In this document: one piece after another, positions 10,437 to 20,056 of the stretch
Position numbering within the stretch: position 1 is the first letter of the stretch
Layout of the letters: each line of letters opens with the position of its first letter
NCBI GenBank assembly: GCA_052279835.1
Contig: CP181291.1
Span: forward strand, 352,001 to 416,000
DNA: 64,000 nucleotides
Source: Microcoleus sp.
GTDB taxonomy: Bacteria; Cyanobacteriota; Cyanobacteriia; Cyanobacteriales; Microcoleaceae
Direction of reading: 5' to 3'
The notes under the pieces: generated by a model
The model's input: the letters and a program-made list of their open reading frames with translations, nothing else
What the model was told of the DNA's origin: nothing
The model's database searches: none
Made by a program: the position numbers and the translations under genes

Positions 10437-12149
10437 TTATTGATAATTTTCCTTAATAAAAAACAGAGGAGAAGCTACAACTAAGCAAGCCAAAAGAAAG
10501 CCAAATATTCCCGTATTTAAAATCCTGGAATTTCCCATGCTTCCGGCCATCAGAAACAACAATACTAAAGTTGCAAATAAATTGTTATTCGCAAATTCTT
10601 TATTTTGGGAAACTTGATACTTGACGAACATAAAAGCCACTGAAATTATCAGGGCAAACATAGCATTAAAAATCACTATTTGAGAGCCAAAGATAAACCA
10701 AACTAAGCTAAACATCAGTAAGTCTATCCAAAACTCTTTTGTTTGCAACTTGGGCAACCAAAAATCTTGGGTAGCAAGGGGCGCGATTCGTTTAGCTAAT
10801 TTATTATGGTGCAGCCGAATGATTTTATTTCTTAACTTAATCTTTGGGTCAATTTGCAATACTTGCTGCCACTCTGGCGCGCGGGAATTGTTAACTCTGC
10901 CCAACAGCTTCACGGCTGCAATTTTATTTAACTGCAAATCGGTGAGTCTGGTGGTAATTATTTGAGCTAAGTGCGGATAATAAACGGGATTGTCTGGAGT
11001 TCTGTTGATGACGATATTCAGCTTGTGCTTGGCTTGGTTAACTTGAATTATGACATTATATGGGGCGATCGCCTCTTGCAAAGCTTGTTGAATTGCGGCG
11101 TGCTCTTGGGGACTGAACAGGGACACACCGGGCGCAGGTGTCAGCACCCGTTCTGCGGGTTCCTCCGGCGCGTCTAAAACAGGCGAAGCCTCTAAATATA
11201 TCGGTTTGGGGTTCAATTGCCGGATGACGGCTGATACTGAACTATAGCGCCGATTGGTGGCACTTTGGAGCATGGTGTCGAGGATACGGCCGAAATCGTC
11301 GCTAACAGCGGTTTTCAAATAATTTCGCCACGCCCAAGCATCCTCTGTGGTGTCGAACAAATCGAAGGGGGGAATTTGAGTCAGCAAATGAATGCAGGTA
11401 ACGCCCAAACTATAGATATCGCTGGCAAAAACTGCCTTACCCATCAGTTGTTCTGGGGCTGTATAAGCAGCGCTACCGATAATTGTACCAGTTGGCTGCA
11501 ACCCCGGTGCTGTTACTTTTTTAGCGGCACCAAAATCTACGAGAACAATATCTTTTTGAAACGGAGATGGTTGAAAGGAATTTTCTAGTGGTGGTAAAGG
11601 GGTTGGGGAGAGTCGGCGACGAATAATATTTTCGGGTTTGATGTCACGGTGAATGACTTTTGATTTGTGGACAAAGTGGAGGACTGGTAATAAATCCTGG
11701 AGGATTTTACGAATTTGAGTTTCGGTGAATGCTCCTTTTTGTTCTAGTTCTTGAGCTAGGTTTTTGCCGTCTATAAATTCTTGTACTAAATATTGTCTGC
11801 CGTTTTGTTCAAAATGTGCTAATAATTCGGGAATTTGCGGGTGTTTGCCTAATATTTGTAGTTGGGCTGCTTCTTGGTGAAATAGTCGATCGGCTTTTTC
11901 AGCGGGGTTTTTTTGGGGTAAGGATTGCTTGATGACGCACTGGGGAAAAATCTGGGGTTTGGTTTCATCTACTGCTAGGAATGTTCTGCCAAAACCGCCT
12001 TGTCCGATCGGCTTTATGGTACGGTAGCGAGATGCTGGGGAGGCTTTTGGGTCGGGAGTTAACAATAATTGTGACCCGCAACTTTCGCACAATTCTGCAT
12101 CACCGAGGTTTTGCGGATGCTGACAAGTTGGGTTTAAGCAATAGCTCAT
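10437..12149 (-). CDS. Ser/Thr protein kinase with N-terminal 4-Cys motif and C-terminal TM segments
   Basis: MSYCLNPTC prefix; GQGGFG, HRDIKPEN, DFG and APE motifs. Confidence 0.93.
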   Translation of the reverse strand: MSYCLNPTCQHPQNLGDAELCESCGSQLLLTPDPKASPASRYRTIKPIGQGGFGRTFLAVDETKPQIFPQCVIKQSLPQKNPAEKADRLFHQEAAQLQILGKHPQIPELLAHFEQNGRQYLVQEFIDGKNLAQELEQKGAFTETQIRKILQDLLPVLHFVHKSKVIHRDIKPENIIRRRLSPTPLPPLENSFQPSPFQKDIVLVDFGAAKKVTAPGLQPTGTIIGSAAYTAPEQLMGKAVFASDIYSLGVTCIHLLTQIPPFDLFDTTEDAWAWRNYLKTAVSDDFGRILDTMLQSATNRRYSSVSAVIRQLNPKPIYLEASPVLDAPEEPAERVLTPAPGVSLFSPQEHAAIQQALQEAIAPYNVIIQVNQAKHKLNIVINRTPDNPVYYPHLAQIITTRLTDLQLNKIAAVKLLGRVNNSRAPEWQQVLQIDPKIKLRNKIIRLHHNKLAKRIAPLATQDFWLPKLQTKEFWIDLLMFSLVWFIFGSQIVIFNAMFALIISVAFMFVKYQVSQNKEFANNNLFATLVLLFLMAGSMGNSRILNTGIFGFLLACLVVASPLFFIKENYQ

Positions 12150-12179
12150 TTGATTTTAGATTTTATATTTTAGATTATT

Positions 12180-12372
12180 GATTGGTAATTGGGAATGGGG
12201 AATTGGGAATGGGGAATTGGGGAATTGGGAATTGGTTATTGGCAGCTCCAAGCGACGAAAAAATAACCAATTACCAATGACTAATGACTACTGACTACTG
12301 ACTAATGACTACTGACTAATGACTACTGACTACTGACTACTGACTACTGACTACTGACTAATGACTACTGAC
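12180..12372. repeat. Heptamer short tandem repeats (STRR; GGGAATT and TGACTAC types)
   Basis: Directly visible 7-mer arrays. Confidence 0.9.
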
Positions 12373-12621
12373 TTAAGTCGGTACGAGTTCGCCCGGCCGC
12401 AATTTGGCCCATTTTCCGATTTCTTGCTTGAAACTTTCACAGCCGACTACATCCCATTCCATTTCTACTTCATCTTGGCGGGGTCGGATGTTGACGTTGA
12501 TTGTGGGTTCTACGGGGTCGAAATCGGGGGTTTCGGTGAGGTGAGGCTGTTCGTGCTGTCCTTCTACGGCGTGGTAGGTGAAGCAGCGGTCTACATAATG
12601 GCAGTTAACACAAATACACAT
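12373..12621 (-). CDS. ycf34: Ycf34 family protein
   Basis: MCICVNC...CFTYHAVE..H...EWDVVGCESF signature. Confidence 0.92.
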   Translation of the reverse strand: MCICVNCHYVDRCFTYHAVEGQHEQPHLTETPDFDPVEPTINVNIRPRQDEVEMEWDVVGCESFKQEIGKWAKLRPGELVPT

Positions 12622-12727
12622 CTTTGATATCCTCTGTGCATTTCAAAAAGATTGGTGAATTTCGAGCTTTCTGTTAATCTAGCTTAACCAGAGTTTTATG
12701 GTTGTAAGTTTATTTATTTTTGTTGCG

Positions 12728-13981
12728 ATGTCGGATAGTTTGCCACCTACATTATCTCCTGATTCTTGGCCGTTTGATTTGGAACTGCTGACGCCGCCTG
12801 CTTATTTGGTGGGTGGTGCGGTGCGGGATGCGTTACTGGGAAGGCGATCGCCTTATTTTGATTTAGATTTTGTTATGCTAACACGGGCAGTGAAGACTGC
12901 TCGAAAAATTGCCGATCGCACTAATGCTGGGTTTGTTTTGTTGGATGCGGAACGCCAAATTGCACGGGTGGTGTTTGCGGGCGGTACGGTGGATTTGGCG
13001 CAGGCGGAAGGGGGGAGTCTGGAGGGGGATTTGTGGCGTCGGGATTTTCGGATTAATGCGATCGCCTGCAATCCTTTTACCGGAGAAATCATCGATCCTG
13101 TGGATGGTCAAACTGATTTGCGGCTGGGTTTGGTGCGGATGATTTCCCGCGCCAATTTGGAAGATGATCCGCTGAGGTTATTAAGAGCTTACCGTCAAGC
13201 GGCGCAGTTGGGTTTTGCGATCGAACCGGAAACCCAGTCGGCGATTCGCGAATTAGCACCGTTGTTGAGTCGGGTAGCGGTGGAACGGGTGCGGACAGAA
13301 TTGGGTTATTTGTTAAGCAATCCTAACGGTGTACCTTGGATTTGTCGGGGTTGGGAAGATGGTTTGTTTTCGATTTGGTTTGAAAGTGCGATCGACCGTT
13401 TTGATACTTTAACCAAAATTGACCAATCTGCTGACCAATTAACAGCAATTTACCCGGAATTAGCAAAGGAATTCGGGCGCCAGATTCGAGATACGATTAA
13501 AACGCCGTTGTTGGCTGTGGCTAAGTTGGCTATTTTGGCAGATTCTGACCCGACAATGGCTGAAACTGAGTTGCTACGGTTAAAGTATAGCAATGCTGAG
13601 ATTAAAAGTGCGATCGAGCTTGTGAAATATTTGCCCAAATTGCAAGCACAACCTATCTCTGAGATGTCTTTGCGAGAACAGTATTTCTTATTTCGAGATT
13701 TGGGAATAGTATTTCCAGTTTTAGCAGTGTTGGCTGTAGCTGTGGGAGTTTCCATGGATGAGATTTCACTGTTAATTAATCGCTATCTTGATGCGGATGA
13801 TATAGTTGCACATCCGACACAATTAGTTAGCGGCAATGATTTAATGGAATATTTAAATATGCCCAGAAGTCCGCAAATAGGTCAATTATTAATGGAAATT
13901 CAATTAGCGCGGGTAGAGGGGAGAATTTCTACTCGCGAAGCAGCGCTAAAATTGGCAGCAGATTTGATTGATATTCATTGA
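12728..13981 (+). CDS. CCA tRNA nucleotidyltransferase / poly(A) polymerase family
   Basis: YLVGGAVRD..DLD, RRDFRINA and DDPLRLLRAYR motifs. Alternative start at 12698. Confidence 0.92.
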   Translation: MSDSLPPTLSPDSWPFDLELLTPPAYLVGGAVRDALLGRRSPYFDLDFVMLTRAVKTARKIADRTNAGFVLLDAERQIARVVFAGGTVDLAQAEGGSLEGDLWRRDFRINAIACNPFTGEIIDPVDGQTDLRLGLVRMISRANLEDDPLRLLRAYRQAAQLGFAIEPETQSAIRELAPLLSRVAVERVRTELGYLLSNPNGVPWICRGWEDGLFSIWFESAIDRFDTLTKIDQSADQLTAIYPELAKEFGRQIRDTIKTPLLAVAKLAILADSDPTMAETELLRLKYSNAEIKSAIELVKYLPKLQAQPISEMSLREQYFLFRDLGIVFPVLAVLAVAVGVSMDEISLLINRYLDADDIVAHPTQLVSGNDLMEYLNMPRSPQIGQLLMEIQLARVEGRISTREAALKLAADLIDIH

Positions 13982-14077
13982 TTTTACAACTCTCGCCCCA
14001 GTTAACCTGAACTTTAAACCCCAATATTTGTCTGGAGGTTTCACCAACAATAAACCTATCACAACGTACTAAGCCTG

Positions 14078-14425
14078 TTAATTCTGAGGGTTTAATTCTG
14101 ACGGTAATTCAAACTTCCCATCGGCACCTGCTTCAAACTCCATAACTTTCAACACCGCATCCACATTCAGCGGCCCGTAAATATGGGGATACATATCTCC
14201 GGCGGCCGGTTCATACTTAACCTCTGCTTCCACTTTTTCCGAATCTATCCACAGCAAAAGTAATCCTGTTTGTCCGATAAAAAACTTATTGGCGCTTCTA
14301 GTAATTTGTGGGATTGTCGAACAGTGGATGAATCCTTCAGAGTCTAGGGTATCGCCACGATAGAATTGAAGCTGTTTTGCTTCTTCCCACTGTTGGCTTT
14401 TAGCAATGTGAAATATAACGCTCAT
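14078..14425 (-). CDS. DUF952 family protein
   Basis: IFHI...EGFIHCST...YPHIYGPLN. Confidence 0.88.
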   Translation of the reverse strand: MSVIFHIAKSQQWEEAKQLQFYRGDTLDSEGFIHCSTIPQITRSANKFFIGQTGLLLLWIDSEKVEAEVKYEPAAGDMYPHIYGPLNVDAVLKVMEFEAGADGKFELPSELNPQN

Positions 14426-14525
14426 AAATTGATAAGTTTAACGCAAAACAATCTGCTTTTGGATACAAAGTTTCTTCAAGTATCTGCCGATATTAGCATA
14501 GATAAAATGGAGGCAGAGCCTCTAG

Positions 14526-14670
14526 ATATGCGTTACCAGGCAGAGCCTGGTCACGAGATTTGACAACAGTTTAAATATGCGTTACCAGGTAGAGCCTGGT
14601 AACGAGATTTTACAGCAGTTTAAATATGCGTTACCAGGTAGAGCCTGGTAACGAGATTTTACAGCAGTTT
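14526..14670. repeat. Three tandem 49-bp units, each containing the palindrome CGTTACCAGG-N4-CCTGGTAACG (REP-like)
   Basis: Units start at 14526, 14575 and 14624. Confidence 0.9.
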
Positions 14671-15121
14671 AGCAGGCCACGAGTACATCCGATCGCCCTA
14701 ATACTCTCATATCTTCCTCATCAAGTTCCACAGGCATACCGCTGCGTATTAGTTCTACAAAATCCTCATTAGGGACCATGATGCACAAAGCATACAACCG
14801 TTCGCTACCAGTGTTCTCAATTAGGTGGGTGCTGGTGGGTGGCACTAACAAACTATCTCCTGCCCTAATACTAACAGTTTTGCCGTCACAGGTTGCTCGC
14901 CCTTGTCCCTTGAGTACAAAAAACATTTCTACTGCCAATAAATGCCGATTGGGAGGAGTTTTGCCACCCACATCAAAAATTTCGATACAAACTGTTAAGG
15001 AACTATTGGCTGCTGCGGGATCGAAGACGATGGCTAATCTATTAGTATCCCATGGACTAATGCGAAATGCTTGGTAGTCTTGGGGAGACTTTGACACGGG
15101 AATCATGCACTGATTTGTCAT
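14669..15121 (-). CDS. Cupin domain protein
   Basis: TPPNRH...EMFFVLKGQG...GDSLLVPP...H cupin motifs. Confidence 0.88.
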   Translation of the reverse strand: MTNQCMIPVSKSPQDYQAFRISPWDTNRLAIVFDPAAANSSLTVCIEIFDVGGKTPPNRHLLAVEMFFVLKGQGRATCDGKTVSIRAGDSLLVPPTSTHLIENTGSERLYALCIMVPNEDFVELIRSGMPVELDEEDMRVLGRSDVLVAC

Positions 15122-15162
15122 GTTTTTATTCTGAGTTGTTACTTGTTATGTTTCTGATGTCA

Positions 15163-15933
15163 TTAGTTAATTGCTTCTAACATAGCCTGAGAATTAGACA
15201 AAAAACCAAAACATTGCTTAACGTTATATAGAGTAGCTTGCCAGCAATAATCTGGCGATGTCGTAGCAGTACAATCTTTGACTAAAATGCAGTCGTAACC
15301 GAGGAAATTAGCATCTTGCAGCGTCGCCATCACGCACTGATCCGCGTTGACTCCTGCAAAGAAAAGTGTAGTTTTGCCCAGGTTTTTGAGAATACTATCT
15401 AAAGCAGTATCCCAAAAGCCACTCATCCGATATTTATCAACGCAAATATCCTCGGATTTCGGTGTCAATTCATCGACAATTTGCGCCGCCCAACTCCCAG
15501 CCGTTAATACAGCAGCACCGTTTTTTGGTAGCGGATCTCCCAAACCTACGCCGTCTCCTGTGGGATTGTAAACGTGACGGGAAGCTGCGCTAATATTGAG
15601 TAAATCGGGGCGGTTTCCCCAGTTGATCCAAATAATCGGAATTGCGCGCGATCGCAATTTTGGCAGTAAATTTTGTAAAGGAATAATTGGAGTTCTCGCT
15701 GGCGTTACATCTACGCCAATATGTGATAGCCAACCGTCGGGATGACAGAAATCATTTTGCATATCGATCACCAACATTGCAGCTTTGGCTAAATCCACAC
15801 GCAGCGTTTTAGTTTGTGTTTCCAAAGTTACAATTTGGGGAGGCAGTTGGGGGCGGGTGATGTCGGCAATTTTGGCATCAACTTTCCAAGCATTCGGCGG
15901 CACGCCCAAGGTACGGAGATTTTCAGGATTCAT
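15163..15933 (-). CDS. Cysteine hydrolase (isochorismatase superfamily; RutB/biuret-hydrolase-like)
   Basis: IDMQNDF, DKYRMSGF and GVNADQCV supply the D-K-C triad. Confidence 0.9.
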   Translation of the reverse strand: MNPENLRTLGVPPNAWKVDAKIADITRPQLPPQIVTLETQTKTLRVDLAKAAMLVIDMQNDFCHPDGWLSHIGVDVTPARTPIIPLQNLLPKLRSRAIPIIWINWGNRPDLLNISAASRHVYNPTGDGVGLGDPLPKNGAAVLTAGSWAAQIVDELTPKSEDICVDKYRMSGFWDTALDSILKNLGKTTLFFAGVNADQCVMATLQDANFLGYDCILVKDCTATTSPDYCWQATLYNVKQCFGFLSNSQAMLEAIN

Positions 15934-16241
15934 AGGTTCTATCGCACAAAACTAATTTCAATTTTATCACCATTTTTTTACTTACTAATTTACCAAAGGT
16001 GAAGATTTTCAGCTTAATAAATTAACAAAAATTAAACACAGCTATTCTGACAATTTTTTGGGGATTCGATATAATTAAATTGTCCTATCCTAGATTATCG
16101 CCAAATCTAGATATCTTAAGGAAAGTTTTATAATAATTCATCTGTAATTCAATATGCTAAAATCCTTGGGGCGCAGTCAGTTTTAGACCGGACCGATCGT
16201 AAAATATAAATAGATGTGAATTCACCAGCAGGGGTCAATCT

Positions 16242-17747
16242 GTGAGCTTTACAATTCAAAATGTTTTAATTCCCGTTGAGGGGGGTTATGAAACCGCAGA
16301 GGTGCAGGTGGTGGATAATTGCATAAGTGCGTTAGCGAAGCCCTCGAAGAGGATCGCACCCAACAACCCCTCTGTTAATTCCCCCCCTTACCAAGGGGAA
16401 ACCGCCCTTTTTAGTCCCCCCCCTTACCAAGGGGGGGATAGGGGGGGTGAAACAGTTATCGACGGCACAAATAAGCTGCTGCTTCCTGGTTTTGTCAACG
16501 CCCACACGCACTCTTCCGAAATGTGGCAGCGGGGCATAATTCCCCCTTTGCCGCTGGAATTGTGGATTGCAGAATTGTACGATTTTACCCCTCTCGATAC
16601 CGCACAAATTTACTTGAGTGCACTGGGAACAGCCGTAGAAACATTGCTATCTGGAGGGACAACCGTAGTCGATCATTTAGTCTTGATTCCCGGACAAGAA
16701 TTAGAGACAATTGCGGCAGCAGTTCGCGCTTACCAAGAAATTGGAATTCGCGCTTTCATCGGCCCGTTAATTCAAGATGAATCTCTAAAATCTGGAATGC
16801 CCGGTGGCGATAGTGGTATCGAGACAGCAGCTTATTTGCGATCGACTCAGGCAACTTTAGATTTAATGGAATCAGCCATCAAACAGTTTCACAACCCAGA
16901 ATTAGGTGTGAATATATTATTAGCGCCGACGGGAATTCAACTGTGTTCTGATGCGTTATTTGAAGGTTGTATCGATTTGAGCGATCGCCAAAATCTTTGC
17001 CGCCACGCCCACCTCTTAGAAACCCGCGCCCAGAAACAATTAGCTCAAGAAAAATATGGTTGTAGCGCCGTAGCACACTTGCAACAAATTGGGTTCTTGA
17101 GTCCCAGAACATCCCTAGCACACTGTGTTTGGTTGGACGATGCAGACATTGCAATTATGGCAGCAACCCAATCCACCGTTGTCCATAATCCCCTCAGTAA
17201 CCTACGTTTAGGAAGCGGTATCGCACCAATTTTAAAATACCTTAAAGCCGGAGTAAATGTTTCCTTTGGTTGCGACGGTGCCGCTAGCAATGACTCCCAG
17301 GATTTGCTAGAAGCGATTAAAATTGGTTCCCTATTGCACAACATCACTGATTTAGATTATCGCCATTGGATTACGCCACGCCAGTCAGTAGAAATGGCCT
17401 CATTAGGAGGAGCAAAAGGCTTAAATATGGCAGATAAAATTGGTTCTTTGACTGTAGGCAAACGAGCGGATTTTGTGTTATACGATTTAACGAATTTATC
17501 ATTACTACCACGGACCGATCCCATTGGTTTACTCATCTTGGGTCGTCCGACTAATGCTGTGCATAGTGTTTGGGTAAATGGCAAACAAATTGTAGCAGCA
17601 GGTAAGGTGAAAACAATTGATGTTGATGATTTGAGAAAGGAATTATTCGATCGCAGTGAGTGGACTAGCAAGCGCCAATCAGCAATGGTGACTGAAATTG
17701 AGGCTCATTACCGCCAAGTGATGAATTTGCCCGATCGCTCTGAGTAA
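16242..17747 (+). CDS. Metal-dependent amidohydrolase (AtzA/TrzA/MTA-SAH deaminase-like)
   Basis: PGFVNAHTH, HAHLLET, AHCVW, HNPLSN and GCDG motifs. GTG start. Confidence 0.9.
   Translation: MSFTIQNVLIPVEGGYETAEVQVVDNCISALAKPSKRIAPNNPSVNSPPYQGETALFSPPPYQGGDRGGETVIDGTNKLLLPGFVNAHTHSSEMWQRGIIPPLPLELWIAELYDFTPLDTAQIYLSALGTAVETLLSGGTTVVDHLVLIPGQELETIAAAVRAYQEIGIRAFIGPLIQDESLKSGMPGGDSGIETAAYLRSTQATLDLMESAIKQFHNPELGVNILLAPTGIQLCSDALFEGCIDLSDRQNLCRHAHLLETRAQKQLAQEKYGCSAVAHLQQIGFLSPRTSLAHCVWLDDADIAIMAATQSTVVHNPLSNLRLGSGIAPILKYLKAGVNVSFGCDGAASNDSQDLLEAIKIGSLLHNITDLDYRHWITPRQSVEMASLGGAKGLNMADKIGSLTVGKRADFVLYDLTNLSLLPRTDPIGLLILGRPTNAVHSVWVNGKQIVAAGKVKTIDVDDLRKELFDRSEWTSKRQSAMVTEIEAHYRQVMNLPDRSE
16332..16352. 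mobile_element. 21-nt element inserted in a HIP1 site (SDR5-like)
   Basis: GCG|TTAGCGAAGCCCTCGAAGAGG|ATCGC. Removing it restores GCGATCGC. Confidence 0.8.
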
Positions 17748-17820
17748 GGTAAAATTGAGATCTAGCCTTTGTCACTAACATAAGGTAGCCAAGGGTAATG
17801 GGTAATTGGTAATGGGTAAT

Positions 17821-19029
17821 ATGTACAACAAGTTGATGATTAAACTACACCGATCGCAGAGGATACTGGCTTTAATAATTGCTTTTGCGATCGCCCTCAC
17901 ATCCACCGCCATCTTCTCTCCCCGTGGCTGGGCTCAAACTCCGCCAAAAATGCCTATAAAAACCGAATTGCGCGGCATTTGGCTGACCAACATTGACAGC
18001 AATGTCATCTTCTCCCAGAAAAACATAACTGACGCTGTAAATCGCCTAGAAAAACTTAATTTTAACACCATATATCCTACCGTTTGGCAAGGGGGTTATA
18101 CCATTCATCCCAGCGCTGTCGCCAAACGAGTATTCGGACAATTAAATGACCCAGCACCAGCATTAAAAGGGCGAGATGTTCTTAAAGAAATCATTACAGA
18201 AGCACATAAAAAAGGTATCGCAGTAATCCCTTGGTTTGAGTTTGGTTTCATGGCTCCCGCCAAATCGGAATTAGCGAGATTACACCCCGACTGGCTGGCG
18301 AAACGACGCGACGGTTCAACTATTTGGAAAGAAGGTATAGAAGAGCGCGTGTGGCTGAGTCCTTTTCATCCAGAAGTGCAGAAATTTATCCAAGATTTAG
18401 TTGTGGAACTGGTGGCAAATTACGATCTAGATGGGATTCAATTTGATGACCATTTCGGCTTACCCTCAGAATTTGGATATGAACCGCTAACGGTTTTAAT
18501 GTACCAAAAAGATATCAAAAAACCTCCCTCGAACGACTCCCGCGAAACCTTCTGGGTGCGCTGGCGTGCCGACAGAATCAATCAGTTTATGGGGAAACTT
18601 TTTACAGCTATCAAAGCCCGCAAACAAAAATGTATTGTGGCTTTATCTCCCAACCCTTTTAACTTTGCCTTACCAGCTAGTTTGCAAGACTGGTTTACTT
18701 GGGAAAGACGCGGTTACATCGAAGAAATTGTGTTGCAGGTTTATCGCAGCGATATCAAGCGTTTTAATCAGGAACTGGAACGCGAAGAAGTTAAACTGGC
18801 TAAGCCTCATATTCCCACAGCGATCGGTATTTTAACTGGTTTGAAAAATAACCCTGTTCCCCTCAAACAAATTCAAGAACAAGTACAAGAAGTGCGAAAA
18901 CGAAACTTTGCAGGTGTCTCATTCTTTTTCTATGAAAGCTTATCAAATTGGGCCAAAGAAACTCCCGAAGAGCGAAATACGGCATTCCGGGCATTTTTTC
19001 CCACAAAAATACAGCGTCCGTCAGTTTAA
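17821..19029 (+). CDS. Glycoside hydrolase family 10-like (GHL10/YddW) secreted protein
   Basis: [21 protein letters not shown] and DGIQFDDHF motifs; signal peptide. Confidence 0.9.
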
Positions 19030-19066
19030 AATATTGTAGGATGTTTGTAGTCAGGACTTTAGTTCC

Positions 19067-19168
19067 CAGAAGAAGGAAGCAGGAAGAAGGAAGAAGGAAG
19101 AAGGAAGAGAATTCCCAATTCCCAATTCCCAATTCCCAATTCCCAATTCCCAATTCCCAATTCCCAAA
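19067..19168. repeat. Heptamer STRR tracts (AAGAAGG, AATTCCC)
   Basis: Directly visible tandem 7-mers. Confidence 0.9.
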
Positions 19169-19170
19169 TT

Positions 19171-19944
19171 ATGAATGTAATTCCCGCGATCGACTTATTG
19201 GATGGAAAATGCGTCAGACTCTATCAAGGAGACTACGCCAAATCCCAAACTTTTAACGACAACCCCGTCCAAGTCGCCAGACAGTGGGTCAACGAAGGCG
19301 CAACCATGCTGCATTTAGTAGACCTCGACGGGGCCAAAGCAGGTCATCCTGTCAACCAAGCAGCCATTGAAGCCATTGTCAGAGCCGTTGATGTTCCCTG
19401 TCAAGTGGGAGGCGGAATGCGCGATCGCACTTCCGTGGCTGCTATCCTTAATTTAGGCGTTCGGCGGGCAATTCTCGGCACTGTGGCTGTCGAAAAACCG
19501 GAATTAGTCGGTGAATTGTGCAGCGAATTTCCCGGTCAAATTCTGGTCGGCATTGATGCCAGAAATGGTAAAGTTGCAACTAGAGGCTGGCTAGAAACAT
19601 CGGAAGTTTTAGCAACAGAATTAGCACAGCAAATGGCAGAATTAGGTGCTGCTGAAATTATTTATACCGACATTCACCGCGACGGTACAATGGAAGGGCC
19701 GAATTTGGAATCTTTGCGCGAAATTGCCAATGCTATTTCGATTCCGGTGATTGCTTCCGGTGGTGTTAGTTCCATCGCAGATTTGTTGAGTTTGTTAGCC
19801 TTGGAAGCAATTGGTGTCAAAAGTGCGATCGTTGGTAGAGCCATTTATACTGGAGATATCTTGCTAAAAGAAGCAATTCAAGCCGTAGGTCAAGGGCGAT
19901 GGCAGGATGTTCCTCCCGATTTGGGTTCTTCAAGTTTTGCTTGA
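19171..19944 (+). CDS. hisA: ProFAR isomerase HisA
   Basis: [32 protein letters not shown] and ASGG motifs. Confidence 0.97.
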
Positions 19945-20056
19945 GCTTCATCTTGAGTTAAGTAGCTATAAAATAGCTAGCAGTTATCACTTTGATAACT
20001 CACACTTAACAGCGAACAGTCACCGTAGAATCGTCCTTATTATCCTCACCTAACTC

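Noticed and set aside
14526..14670. Possible mini CRISPR array (palindromic repeats)
   Set aside because: The intervening sequences are near identical and short, and there are no cas genes; this is a 49-bp tandem repeat.
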